A stretch of 64,000 nt of DNA from Ignavibacteriaceae bacterium (GCA_020848375.1 JADLAF010000022.1:10663-74662); one strand, 5' to 3'. Shown: positions 38,235 through 47,900, counted from the first letter of the stretch. Program-made: numbers and translations. The notes: generated by a model not told the origin, from the letters alone.

Positions 38235-39294
38235 ATATGCCTGTTAGTTTATAAAAATTATCAATTTTTAGAATGAGTGATTTTATCTGATCACGGGGTT
38301 TTTCAATATTTTTTAGCTTTTCAAACTCTTTTTCTATTTGCATATAAAGCAGCCCTGCCTGGAAGTTTTCAGTTTTCACCAGTGCCTCATTCTTTTCCAT
38401 GAAAATATTTCCTGTCATTCTGAAATGTGCTGTAACCCTCGATGAAAAAGACTCGAATAACACATGGATATAATTCTTATCCCTGAATTGGTGCTTTCTC
38501 AGAAGCGCAATTCTCTTATAATACTCCATCGAAGTGTTGGCAAATGGCTTTATTACTGGAATGATTCTCTGTTCCCTTTTCCCATAAAAAAAGATAAAAA
38601 GAAAAGCAGCAAACAGAAGCAAATAATAGGCCCAGCTCAGATGCGGCTCCGAAAGAATATACCGGAGCGGAGTCTGAATCATTATTTTACCGGTCTTGTA
38701 ATACTCGTCCCAAACAATACTCTTTTCCGGCAGGAAAGCCATTGATTTGAAAGCAAAATCGGCAGCTTCCTTTTCGGTCATATAATAATTTGTAAACCCG
38801 ATAGGAAAGAGATGTACAAAAAGTTTGCCTTCCCCAAACTTTTTAGAAAAATAGACCGGCTCATTCAGATTATTTCTCGCGTAAATCTCAATTCGTGATA
38901 AATCTGTTCTTTCATCCAGAGATACCCCCGGATAAATATACTTTGACGCAGGGTAACCACCGTAATTAGTAAATTCAGAAGTTTCAAATTTAATCGAATC
39001 CCAATGTGAACCCTGATAATAATTTTTGAAAAAAATCTCAGCAGCTTTTTCAAATTCGTCTGAGAATACAAATGCTGAAACAAACACCGTGCCACCACCT
39101 CTGATGAATTTCATCAGACGGTTCATGTCAAATTCATCAGGTTCGTATGTGTCGTTAATGAAAAGGTACACACCTGGCTTTTTAAGAGTGTCTTTTAGTG
39201 TTTCATAAATCGTCCTGGAAGAATATTGAATGGTATTTTCTGGAAATACATACCTGAGGTTGTCCTCAATTATTCTACATCCATACGGAAGCAC
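38209..39294 (-). CDS. DUF4350-like membrane-associated protein (5' end uncertain)
   Basis: 361 aa from the GTG at 39294. It has a GGTVFVSAF block and a late TM (WAYYLLLFAAFLFIFFY), as in DUF4350 proteins of MoxR clusters. The reading frame stays open upstream to 39435 and encodes a signal/TM-like segment with no ATG, GTG or TTG start. Confidence 0.5.
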   Translation of the reverse strand: MLPYGCRIIEDNLRYVFPENTIQYSSRTIYETLKDTLKKPGVYLFINDTYEPDEFDMNRLMKFIRGGGTVFVSAFVFSDEFEKAAEIFFKNYYQGSHWDSIKFETSEFTNYGGYPASKYIYPGVSLDERTDLSRIEIYARNNLNEPVYFSKKFGEGKLFVHLFPIGFTNYYMTEKEAADFAFKSMAFLPEKSIVWDEYYKTGKIMIQTPLRYILSEPHLSWAYYLLLFAAFLFIFFYGKREQRIIPVIKPFANTSMEYYKRIALLRKHQFRDKNYIHVLFESFSSRVTAHFRMTGNIFMEKNEALVKTENFQAGLLYMQIEKEFEKLKNIEKPRDQIKSLILKIDNFYKLTGIYAKRRSRI

Positions 39295-39416
39295 ACTTTG
39301 GGAGGTAAAATCAAAACGCCAGTCTGATTCAACAGTACTTACTGAACTCCTTAAAAGCAGTAGAAGAATAAGAAGAGCGGATATTATATAAAGAAACTTT
39401 CCTTTAAGCAGAGCAG

Positions 39417-40049
39417 TCAGGATACCTCCCCTGTATTAACCATTTTTCTGAAGTGATTCAGGTCGTTAGAATTAACCTCAAAACCACCATACCAGGAATT
39501 CTCAAATAGCAATGTGACATCTATAAAAACTGCATGAAGCTGGCTCCCGCGAAGTTCTGAAGCATACTCCCAGTTTGTTTTTTTGCCATCCAGTGAGAGG
39601 AGTTTTCTTTCTCCCAGTTTTCTGAGGAACTTGATATAAAGCACCCTTACTACCCCGCGGTTGTTCCCTTCAGACATATACATTGCTTCGAGTTTATCAA
39701 GGTCAGTTAAACTTACGTCATCGAGAACAAGGGAAACCTCCCCAGCTTCTGACTGAGAAAAATCTGTTTTTGAAGTAAAAAGGTACAATTTTTCTTTCAG
39801 AATATAAAAGACTCCGAATGCAATTAAGATAAGTGCAGCTATCTGATAATAGTTTCCATCTTTGCCAAATATGGTTGAGCTTAACAGCCAGTCAATAAAA
39901 TTAAGAAAAGCATTAACAAGTTCTGAAAAAAATGATTCAGGTCTCTGAGGTGCTCTATCATAGAGATACTTTGTATCATTTAGATAACCATCCATAACCT
40001 CCTTAGGAGGCAGGCGCAGTGAGTAGGTGTTATTCAAATGATTTATCAA
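39417..40049 (-). CDS. DUF4129-like membrane protein
   Basis: 210 aa with a central TM (YQIAALILIAFGVFYIL). The C-terminal block (WEYASELRG...LFENSWYGG) resembles the DUF4129 signature. Confidence 0.5.
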   Translation of the reverse strand: MINHLNNTYSLRLPPKEVMDGYLNDTKYLYDRAPQRPESFFSELVNAFLNFIDWLLSSTIFGKDGNYYQIAALILIAFGVFYILKEKLYLFTSKTDFSQSEAGEVSLVLDDVSLTDLDKLEAMYMSEGNNRGVVRVLYIKFLRKLGERKLLSLDGKKTNWEYASELRGSQLHAVFIDVTLLFENSWYGGFEVNSNDLNHFRKMVNTGEVS

Positions 40050-40084
40050 GTAGATTTGTCTGAGTAATTGTTTCTGATATCAAA

Positions 40085-40909
40085 CTATGATTTACCAAAT
40101 TTTTCCTCCATTTGATTAATCAAAACATCCCCCCTCTTCATTTCCCTTAGGTTAAAATACTGCATATAAAAACCTGTCCAGAGAATTATTGAACTCAGGT
40201 ATGAAAAGCGATTTAACAGTTCAAAGAATTGCAGAGCAGCTACTTCAAACAGCTCGGGCGACTGTGATGTATCATGAAGTCCGTAGATTATATTGAAAAT
40301 GGTTGATGGTATTTCAAAGATTATGGAAGCGAAGAACTGAATGAGACCGAGTGCCATAGAAAGCCAGAATGTCTTCCAATAATTACGTTTTAAAAGCTGA
40401 TGCGCTTGTTTGATTGAATCGAGTATTGATGACTCATCCACCATGAGGTTTACTGTGGCTATTGAATACAATACATAGAGCAGAAGTGCGGGGATAAATA
40501 AGAAAATGACTGAAAAAACAGAGGCGATAAAAAACATTACTGAAAGAATGAGGAATGGCAGACTGAAAGATCTGATGTATCTGATGATTGCGACTGGGGT
40601 TATTGTAACTTTTCTGAGATGCAGTGTGAGTCCGCCAAATATGAAGACCGATATCAGTACATAAGAAAACACAGAGCCGGCCACTGAATAATATGACCCC
40701 TCCAGGAGATAATCAAAAAGACTTTTTCCACTGCTGAAATAATCATAATTGAAATAGGATTCAGCCAGCATGATTACCAAAAGCAGAGGCAACACAAGCT
40801 TTATCAAAGGAAGAATAAGAGTACGGAAATTTGCAGAGACGAATGAAATCGAATCTGAAATTATTTTGTCAGTAGTACGAAGTCCGGTTAATTCAATATC
40901 TTTATTCAT
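40085..40909 (-). CDS. Hypothetical polytopic membrane protein
   Basis: 274 aa with about 6 hydrophobic helices and no family recognised. It overlaps the upstream gene by 8 nt. Confidence 0.55.
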   Translation of the reverse strand: MNKDIELTGLRTTDKIISDSISFVSANFRTLILPLIKLVLPLLLVIMLAESYFNYDYFSSGKSLFDYLLEGSYYSVAGSVFSYVLISVFIFGGLTLHLRKVTITPVAIIRYIRSFSLPFLILSVMFFIASVFSVIFLFIPALLLYVLYSIATVNLMVDESSILDSIKQAHQLLKRNYWKTFWLSMALGLIQFFASIIFEIPSTIFNIIYGLHDTSQSPELFEVAALQFFELLNRFSYLSSIILWTGFYMQYFNLREMKRGDVLINQMEEKFGKS

Positions 40910-41858
40910 ATTTCCTTAAAGCAACCTTAGAGGGATAAAGGTAAAAGTAGAAGACTGAAAAACAAAGGGACGAGAGAATAATAAGAAGCTTTACCGACCA
41001 GTGCATCCCTGTATATCTCGTTATAAATGACTCGATTATTCCGGCTGTTATTATGAGCGGTGCAATTCCCAGAATCATCTGAGCCCCATTTTTTGCATTA
41101 GCAACAAATGAAGTTACCCTTGAATAAGTCCCGGGGAAAAGAAGTCCTTTTCCGATAACAAATCCGGCTGCTCCGGCCACCGTTATTGATGCTATCTCAA
41201 TAGTTCCATGAAGCCAGACTATTAGCATAGCTTCACCAAAGACATTCTCCTGATATAAAAAACTGAAAAAGGTACCGATCATCACTCCGTTAACAAATAG
41301 CACGTATATGCTGCCAAAGCTGAAGATAAGACCGCCGGCAAAGGCAAGGAACGAAACGCGCAGATTATTCAGCGTAATACCAAGAAACATCTCCGACTGA
41401 TTCATGCTTTTATAAACAGCCATCGGGTCCCCCTTTTCAATATTCTCAAGCGTCATTGCAACATATTTATCTCCAAGTATAAGTCGCACAAAATAATTAT
41501 CATTAAAAGTTGAAAGCGCACCTATAGTCACTGCAACCATGAGCAGAAGAAAGGCAAGTATGATTTCTTTTCTTGCCCTGAAGAAAACCAGCGGAAGCTC
41601 CTCAGTGAAAAATCGCTTTATATAACCACTCTCGTTCCAGGTGCGTTTATAAATAATTTCGTATAGCGAGCCGGCCAAAGCATTCAGGTATTTTTCCACA
41701 CTGGATTCAGGGAAATACGTTTTTATATAAGCCAGATCATCCGTCACCTCAATAAAATATGCTGATAGTGCTTCAGGATCCCTGTCCTTCCCGCGAAGAG
41801 CTTCTTCAATTTTTTTCCATTTCTCCTGGTTAATTTTCAGGAATCTAGCTTCTTTCAT
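40902..41858 (-). CDS. SpoIIM-like (DUF95) integral membrane protein
   Basis: 318 aa. A cytoplasmic N-terminal helical domain is followed by about 5 TM helices with the SpoIIM-type pattern (FFTEELPLVF.., NNLRVSFLAFAGGL, HGTIEI). Confidence 0.55.
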   Translation of the reverse strand: MKEARFLKINQEKWKKIEEALRGKDRDPEALSAYFIEVTDDLAYIKTYFPESSVEKYLNALAGSLYEIIYKRTWNESGYIKRFFTEELPLVFFRARKEIILAFLLLMVAVTIGALSTFNDNYFVRLILGDKYVAMTLENIEKGDPMAVYKSMNQSEMFLGITLNNLRVSFLAFAGGLIFSFGSIYVLFVNGVMIGTFFSFLYQENVFGEAMLIVWLHGTIEIASITVAGAAGFVIGKGLLFPGTYSRVTSFVANAKNGAQMILGIAPLIITAGIIESFITRYTGMHWSVKLLIILSSLCFSVFYFYLYPSKVALRKYE

Positions 41859-41859
41859 C

Positions 41860-44800
41860 TCAGAAAAACGCCCGTATTTCGCTTCTTGCCAGATTTATCA
41901 TCCTGCCGCCGCCGAGTGATCTGCCTTCATAATATGCTGTTGCCTGTAAATTCAGTGATATCCTGTAATCAAAATTAAAACGAATAAAATAGTTCTTACC
42001 ATTTGAATTTCCGCCAGTTAATTCATAAGGCAGATAATTTTGCGTTTGTTGAGTCAGTAACTCTATTCGCTCGGCCTCAATCCGAAGCCGGCCAGAACCA
42101 GTTATAGCATAGTTAATCCTTAGAGTCAGAGAATTAACATCAAGAATTGTGGGAACTGGAGGATAAACATCCTCACTACGTGCAACTTTTACCTTAAATC
42201 CAGTCTCAATGTTCCTGTAAGGTCTATAGCTGAAATCTGTTGAAAAAGATTCAGTCCTGATCATCCTGTTTCTGTTAAGTGCAGCAGCAGAGGACAAATT
42301 GTCATGAAGCGCTGAGACTTCAGTTGTGTTACTCACCTCATTGATCAGCCGCATTTTTGCCTGTAAACTAATCTCCCTCCCAAACCCGTTTTCAGTACCT
42401 CCGCTGAACTGATTCATACTTTCACGCTGATTAAAGCTTCCTCTGAAAGACAGGTCACTGCTGCTACCAAAAAGAAAAATATCCTGTTGGAAATAGTAAA
42501 TCCCCCGAATGGTAGTGAGCGGACTGCGGAAAACTGAGAAATCGAGCAAATAAATTTTTCCATAATCAGAAATAGTTGAGTTTTCCTCCATTCGCAATGA
42601 AGTTTCTGTCGAAAATTGGCTAAGCAAATTACCAAAAAATCCTTCTGAAGAAACAAGATTTAGTGAATTTAATCTGATACGCGGCAATAAATTAAGAGTG
42701 ATAACCGGATAAAGCTCATCAGAGGGAACCGTCAGGAGAATATAGTCACCGTCGTATGCAGTCAGCTCAAATTCACCCTCATCACGGAGTCCGTTGTTAT
42801 TCAGATCGCCTCTGTAACGGTACCCCCCTCTGCCTGTTTCAACTTGCACAAAGACCCTTTCTGGCTTGGCGGACTTTTTTGTTGTCCCTTCATAAAACAA
42901 ATCGCCCTCGATATTTCCGTTATCGAGCCGGAAACGTGATGACGATTTAACCAGAAAAACATCATTGTCAGCCCGGTTAAGAGAACGGAACTCATCAGTA
43001 TATTTTTTTCTTCTGAAAGTAATTGAGGAAACCGAATTAAATACACTTCCCCCTGTAACTTGCAGTTCTCCTCCATAGCCGGAAGAAACAGATTCCTTAC
43101 GCAATGAACCCTCAAGTGGTGAGTAGTCTGTCCTTCCAATCAAATGAAGCCCAGCAATTAGAAACTCGTATGGGTTAATCTTAATTCCGGGTGAAAGTTC
43201 ATAAAATCGAAACGAGCTGCCTTTAACTGAATCACTTCCCGGTGTGGTTTCTGATCTGTCTTCATAAAGAAAAGGTATTTCCAGATTAAATACCCCTGCC
43301 TTCAGTCCTGCTTGCAATTTTTGCTTTAACCAGTGTCCTTCAGTCAGGTGATAAGTAGTTGAGTTGAAATCGGTATTGGATGAAAAATTTACCTTTTGAT
43401 CACGGTATTCGGTGATATTTGTAATCCGCTCTGTAGAAAAATCATCACCTCGGCGTAATACAGAATATCCCAACTGATTTGAAAACGCAGATCCTATTTT
43501 ATAATCCATTCTGCCCTCTCGCAAAAACTCATCAGCCGAACCAGAGCCCGCAATATTAAAATCTCTTTCAAATTCTACTGAATTCACTCTGTCAGGGGCA
43601 ACATACCGTTCCTCAACAAATCGCTCTCTCAGGTAAAACGAGACCGATTCACCACTTCCCCCAAAAATGGTAAAGGATTGAGGTGAGTAACGAAGTGAGA
43701 GATTCCGTGCATATCCTCCGTTATCACCATCATCGAGTGATGAAAAGCGGTTTCTGTCAGTAAGTGACCCTGATATTTCCGCGGATAAAATTAAATCACT
43801 TATTGAAAACTCAGCGATAAAGTTACCGCTATGAGTAAGTGAAGGCAATGGAAGAAAGATAATAGGAAGATAGGATCCCAGCCCTTTGCCCGCATACGTA
43901 AAATTCCCGATTCCCGCGCGCCGGTAATCCCCCTTGAAATCTCCGACAAAAGTAAATGTGACATTATATACTGCCTCGGTATCAAAAGGATTATAAATAT
44001 ATATAGTTTCACTAATGCCGTTTATCAGAGTATCACGGCTGTGATAAAACCCTCTGCGAAAGCCAAGAGAATCAGGTGCCGCCAGGACTGCACCTGATCT
44101 GACCGCTGAAAAGCGGTCATCTCCGGCCAGACGAAGCAGTTCCTTGTCAGAATCGCTCAGAGACAGATCAATCGGTGAATCCTGATCATCTCCCTCGCGT
44201 ATATATTGCAGACCAAGTGCCAGATTATTCATCACCTTTGAACGGGCTCCGGCAAGAAATATATTCCTGGTATATCTCCTGTCCGAGTATTCAAAATCTA
44301 TGACAATACGGCTTGCAGTAGTTATAATAAACTGCGGATTAAAGGTAATTTCTGCCAACGAGTAATCAATTGTATATTGATGCATTTCCCCCCGCTTTAA
44401 TTCGTTTCCGTCAACAAAAACTTTTTCTGTTCCCGCAATAACAATGATATCCCTTTCACCATTCACGCCGCCTAATCTGTAAGGACCCTGAACACCATCT
44501 AAACCTGAAAAACTCTGGGAGTTAAACTTCCCTCGCGCACTTGCAAACCCGAAATACGCTGAATTGCCGTCATACTGCGCCTCAGCCAAAAATCCCTGCA
44601 GTTTTCTTTTAATGCCTCCAAATTCACCATTTTTTTTCTGTAATTCGTAATCACCAAAAATTGCGGTAAAATTTTTGTGTTTAAGCTGTATGAAAACCTT
44701 ATCCAGTTCCTCAAGACTTTCGGTCGTCCCCTCCGGCTGGATCGGTGTATTTTCGTCTGTAAGTGCCGCACTAATTTCTATATCATCCGTAAGGTATCCT

Positions 44801-45300
44801 GAAAGCTCAAGCCGCATACCGCTCTGAAGGGAAAAATCCCTATTTGTGCCCACAGTAAAACCCCTATAAATTGAGCCGCTTCTCTGAATTCCCTTTCCGA
44901 AAATGGACTCTTCCACCGAAAGTGTTTCACCTTTACTAACGACATAGACAGAATCTTTTAGAATATCATCGTATCGCCTGACCAGCGTCCTTTTCTGATA
45001 AACTTGTTTCAGAGTAATGAGAAGGGAAGAATACCTGACAATAATGGTATCGAAGACTGATATCATAACTGAATCAGCCAGACTGAATTGAAGTTGACTG
45101 TAGTTTATTTCATAAGCCCCATTGCCCAAATTCCTGCCCCTTAAACACACCGATTCGCTGCCTGGAATAATGTTGAAATACTTAAGTTTATAAGAATTTA
45201 GGGGATTAAATAGCAAAGTATCAGCCCTCAGCTCAGAATTATACTCCTGGGCTAAGAGCGAAACCATAAACAGAACGAATATTATGAGGACTTTTTGCAA
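41860..45300 (-). CDS. Large predicted outer-membrane beta-barrel protein, function unknown
   Basis: 1146 aa with a TTG start and signal peptide MQKVLIIFVLFMVSLLAQE. It shows pervasive alternating-hydrophobic beta-strand patterns rich in Y, G, S and N. The C-terminal beta-signal-like tail ends ...RSEIRAFF. No family is recognised by eye. Confidence 0.6.
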   Translation of the reverse strand: MQKVLIIFVLFMVSLLAQEYNSELRADTLLFNPLNSYKLKYFNIIPGSESVCLRGRNLGNGAYEINYSQLQFSLADSVMISVFDTIIVRYSSLLITLKQVYQKRTLVRRYDDILKDSVYVVSKGETLSVEESIFGKGIQRSGSIYRGFTVGTNRDFSLQSGMRLELSGYLTDDIEISAALTDENTPIQPEGTTESLEELDKVFIQLKHKNFTAIFGDYELQKKNGEFGGIKRKLQGFLAEAQYDGNSAYFGFASARGKFNSQSFSGLDGVQGPYRLGGVNGERDIIVIAGTEKVFVDGNELKRGEMHQYTIDYSLAEITFNPQFIITTASRIVIDFEYSDRRYTRNIFLAGARSKVMNNLALGLQYIREGDDQDSPIDLSLSDSDKELLRLAGDDRFSAVRSGAVLAAPDSLGFRRGFYHSRDTLINGISETIYIYNPFDTEAVYNVTFTFVGDFKGDYRRAGIGNFTYAGKGLGSYLPIIFLPLPSLTHSGNFIAEFSISDLILSAEISGSLTDRNRFSSLDDGDNGGYARNLSLRYSPQSFTIFGGSGESVSFYLRERFVEERYVAPDRVNSVEFERDFNIAGSGSADEFLREGRMDYKIGSAFSNQLGYSVLRRGDDFSTERITNITEYRDQKVNFSSNTDFNSTTYHLTEGHWLKQKLQAGLKAGVFNLEIPFLYEDRSETTPGSDSVKGSSFRFYELSPGIKINPYEFLIAGLHLIGRTDYSPLEGSLRKESVSSGYGGELQVTGGSVFNSVSSITFRRKKYTDEFRSLNRADNDVFLVKSSSRFRLDNGNIEGDLFYEGTTKKSAKPERVFVQVETGRGGYRYRGDLNNNGLRDEGEFELTAYDGDYILLTVPSDELYPVITLNLLPRIRLNSLNLVSSEGFFGNLLSQFSTETSLRMEENSTISDYGKIYLLDFSVFRSPLTTIRGIYYFQQDIFLFGSSSDLSFRGSFNQRESMNQFSGGTENGFGREISLQAKMRLINEVSNTTEVSALHDNLSSAAALNRNRMIRTESFSTDFSYRPYRNIETGFKVKVARSEDVYPPVPTILDVNSLTLRINYAITGSGRLRIEAERIELLTQQTQNYLPYELTGGNSNGKNYFIRFNFDYRISLNLQATAYYEGRSLGGGRMINLARSEIRAFF

Positions 45301-45377
45301 CTTTTAAGGATAAAAATAACCTGCGAAAGATACTTATAAAGAGGAAAAAGAGAGGAATTTTAAGAGGATAATTCATG

Positions 45378-45411
45378 GGCAGAAATTCAGGTCGTTAACT
45401 GAATTTCTGCC
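45378..45411. other. Perfect 13-bp stem-loop between the efflux operon and the MoxR-cluster operon
   Basis: GGCAGAAATTCAG-gtcgttaa-CTGAATTTCTGCC. The T-run (TTTT) follows only on the plus strand, whereas both flanking genes are on the minus strand. Confidence 0.7.
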
Positions 45412-45423
45412 TTTTACTAAGTT

Positions 45424-46656
45424 TTATTCGTGACGGAGGGCTTCGATAGGATCAAGATTTGACGCTTTGTAGGCCGGATAGGTGCCAAAAATAACACCCA
45501 CCAGCACACACATGCTCAGACCAATAATGACCCAGTCAACCGGCACGGCTACCTGTGCGTTTAATTGCATACCGGCGAGGATACCGATGCTTACACCCGA
45601 AACTATGCCGATAATTCCGCCAAAAAAACAGAGAAAAATTGCTTCAGAAAGAAATTGAAGCAAGATATTCTGTTTTTTTGCTCCGAGAGCTTTTCTAATG
45701 CCAATTTCTCTGGTTCTCTCGGTCACCGAGACAAGCATAATATTCATGATCCCGACACCGGCTGCCAGAAGAGCGATAATAGAAATTACAAGTGCCCCTA
45801 TTTTAATTCCTGAAGTAATCTCATTCACCTGACCGATTAGAGACTCATTCGAGAAAATATGGAAATTGTTTTCTTCTCCCGGAGCCAATTTTCTTATTGT
45901 CCTCATATAACCAATTGCAGATTCAATTACCTGATTATACTCTTCTTTGGTAGCTGTCATAACGGTGATATTTACTGACCGGCTTCTTCTGCCGTATATC
46001 CCCTGAAACGTAGTTAATGGTGTAACAACATAATTGTCACGCGAACTACCAAACAAACTCGGCTGCGGCTCCATAATACCAATTACTCTGAAAGGATAGC
46101 CATCCACCTTAACGTACTGTCCAATCGGATTGATATTCTGAAATATTTTATCGACCACTTCCTTACCAAGTAAACAGACATTTCCAGAGTAATTAATATC
46201 AGCATCCCTGAACTCTCTGCCAAATTCAACACTCCAGTTGTTTGTTTTCATAGCATCAAGCGTGATGCCCGCAACCTGTATATTAGGATTGGTTTCATTA
46301 TTACCAAACTTAACTACTTTACCAAACTGCCACTGCTCTGCACCGATAAATTCGGCTGATTTAAGCATTTCATCCAACCGAAGGTAATCCTCATAAGTAA
46401 TATCAGGACGGTTACGATCTTTCCGTCTGCTGCCAGGTCCGCCCATCTGAATATTATCCCACTTCTGAATCTGGAATGTATTTTTATTAAGCTGAGAGAA
46501 TCCGCTTTCAATTGTAGTCTGAAGCATGGTGATAATTGTCATAATAACAATAATGGAAAAAATTCCGACAACAACACCAAGAATAGTTAACGAGGTTCTG
46601 AGTTTGTTGGCTTTGATTGACTGTAGCGCCATCGAAACTATTTCTTGTAAATTCAT
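45424..46656 (-). CDS. ABC transporter permease, FtsX/MacB-type (paralogue 2)
   Basis: 410 aa. A TM1 helix and large periplasmic domain are followed by three C-terminal TM helices with the FtsX motif (SVTERTREIGIRKALGA). Confidence 0.85.
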   Translation of the reverse strand: MNLQEIVSMALQSIKANKLRTSLTILGVVVGIFSIIVIMTIITMLQTTIESGFSQLNKNTFQIQKWDNIQMGGPGSRRKDRNRPDITYEDYLRLDEMLKSAEFIGAEQWQFGKVVKFGNNETNPNIQVAGITLDAMKTNNWSVEFGREFRDADINYSGNVCLLGKEVVDKIFQNINPIGQYVKVDGYPFRVIGIMEPQPSLFGSSRDNYVVTPLTTFQGIYGRRSRSVNITVMTATKEEYNQVIESAIGYMRTIRKLAPGEENNFHIFSNESLIGQVNEITSGIKIGALVISIIALLAAGVGIMNIMLVSVTERTREIGIRKALGAKKQNILLQFLSEAIFLCFFGGIIGIVSGVSIGILAGMQLNAQVAVPVDWVIIGLSMCVLVGVIFGTYPAYKASNLDPIEALRHE

Positions 46657-47900
46657 TATTCGTACCTCAGAGCTTCAACAGGATCAAGTTTTGCAGCAGT
46701 ATAGGCGGGTGCAAGTCCGGCTACAACTCCAGTTATCAGAGAAATCATAATAGCAAGAGTTACAGCTTCAAACTGAATTGAAGTAGTTATGAACCGGTCA
46801 ATAAGACTACTAAGCAAAACAGCAAAGAGGAGACCAATTAAACCTCCGAGAAGGCAAATGATTGATGCTTCAAGCAGGAACTGTGAAAGAATTGTTCTTC
46901 TTTTTGCACCGAGAGCTTTTCTCACACCTATTTCCCTTGTGCGCTCCTTCACAGATACAAACATGATATTCATGATACCAATAGCACCGACAAAAAGAGA
47001 AAGACCTGTAATAAAGAAACCTGCAACCTGAATAACTCCTACCGTCTGATTGTAATTATCTAGCAGTCCTTCCTGCTGATTAATGGAAAAATTATTTTCC
47101 TCACCAGATTTAAGCCCCCTTATTTTTCTCATAACACCTTCGGCTTCAATCTTTGTGTCTTCAATGCTGGCGTTGTCCTTTGAGCGGACATTAAAAGTAA
47201 TAGTATTCCGCTGCTCATTGGCAAAGTGCTTAAATATGGTACCCATTGGCATAAAGACCTGGTTATCAGGATTGAAAGCTCCAAGGATGAAACTTCCCTG
47301 CTCAGAGAGAATTCCGACAACGCGATAATTAACACCACCGATTTTAACGGTTTTATCCAATCCATTTCCCATCGGAAAAAGTGATTTTGCGATCTCACTT
47401 CCCAGAACGCAGACATACCTGCTTCCGTTACTTTCTGATTCCGTATAAAACCGTCCAAGATCAAAAGTGAAATTTGTGGTTTTTACATAGTCAGCATTTG
47501 AACCGTTAAGAAACACGTTTTCAACAACTTTATCCCCGAACTTTACATTCTGCCTTGAATTGATAACAGGCGCAACAGCTATAGGAGTCTGGACAAGTTG
47601 CTTAAACTGACTAAACTCATCAAGTGTCATATTTTTCCTGTTGCGAATTTTCCACCAGTCTTCATTAGAAAACCATGCCCATTTATCTATATATAAGACG
47701 TCTGAACCCAGTGCTGAAATACCTGACTGAAATGAGTTATCGATTCCGCGAATGGCCGTACTCATGGTCACTACTGAGGTAATACCAATCACAATACCCA
47801 GCATTGTAAGGATAGAGCGGACTTTATTTGCTCTCAGGGCCTGAAGGGCAATAATCAGTCCTTCTTTGAGTTCATATATGAGCGGTTTTATGTTTTTCAT
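46656..47900 (-). CDS. ABC transporter permease, FtsX/MacB-type (paralogue 1)
   Basis: 414 aa with the same architecture and motif (SVKERTREIGVRKALGA). It overlaps the downstream permease by 1 nt. Confidence 0.85.
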   Translation of the reverse strand: MKNIKPLIYELKEGLIIALQALRANKVRSILTMLGIVIGITSVVTMSTAIRGIDNSFQSGISALGSDVLYIDKWAWFSNEDWWKIRNRKNMTLDEFSQFKQLVQTPIAVAPVINSRQNVKFGDKVVENVFLNGSNADYVKTTNFTFDLGRFYTESESNGSRYVCVLGSEIAKSLFPMGNGLDKTVKIGGVNYRVVGILSEQGSFILGAFNPDNQVFMPMGTIFKHFANEQRNTITFNVRSKDNASIEDTKIEAEGVMRKIRGLKSGEENNFSINQQEGLLDNYNQTVGVIQVAGFFITGLSLFVGAIGIMNIMFVSVKERTREIGVRKALGAKRRTILSQFLLEASIICLLGGLIGLLFAVLLSSLIDRFITTSIQFEAVTLAIMISLITGVVAGLAPAYTAAKLDPVEALRYE

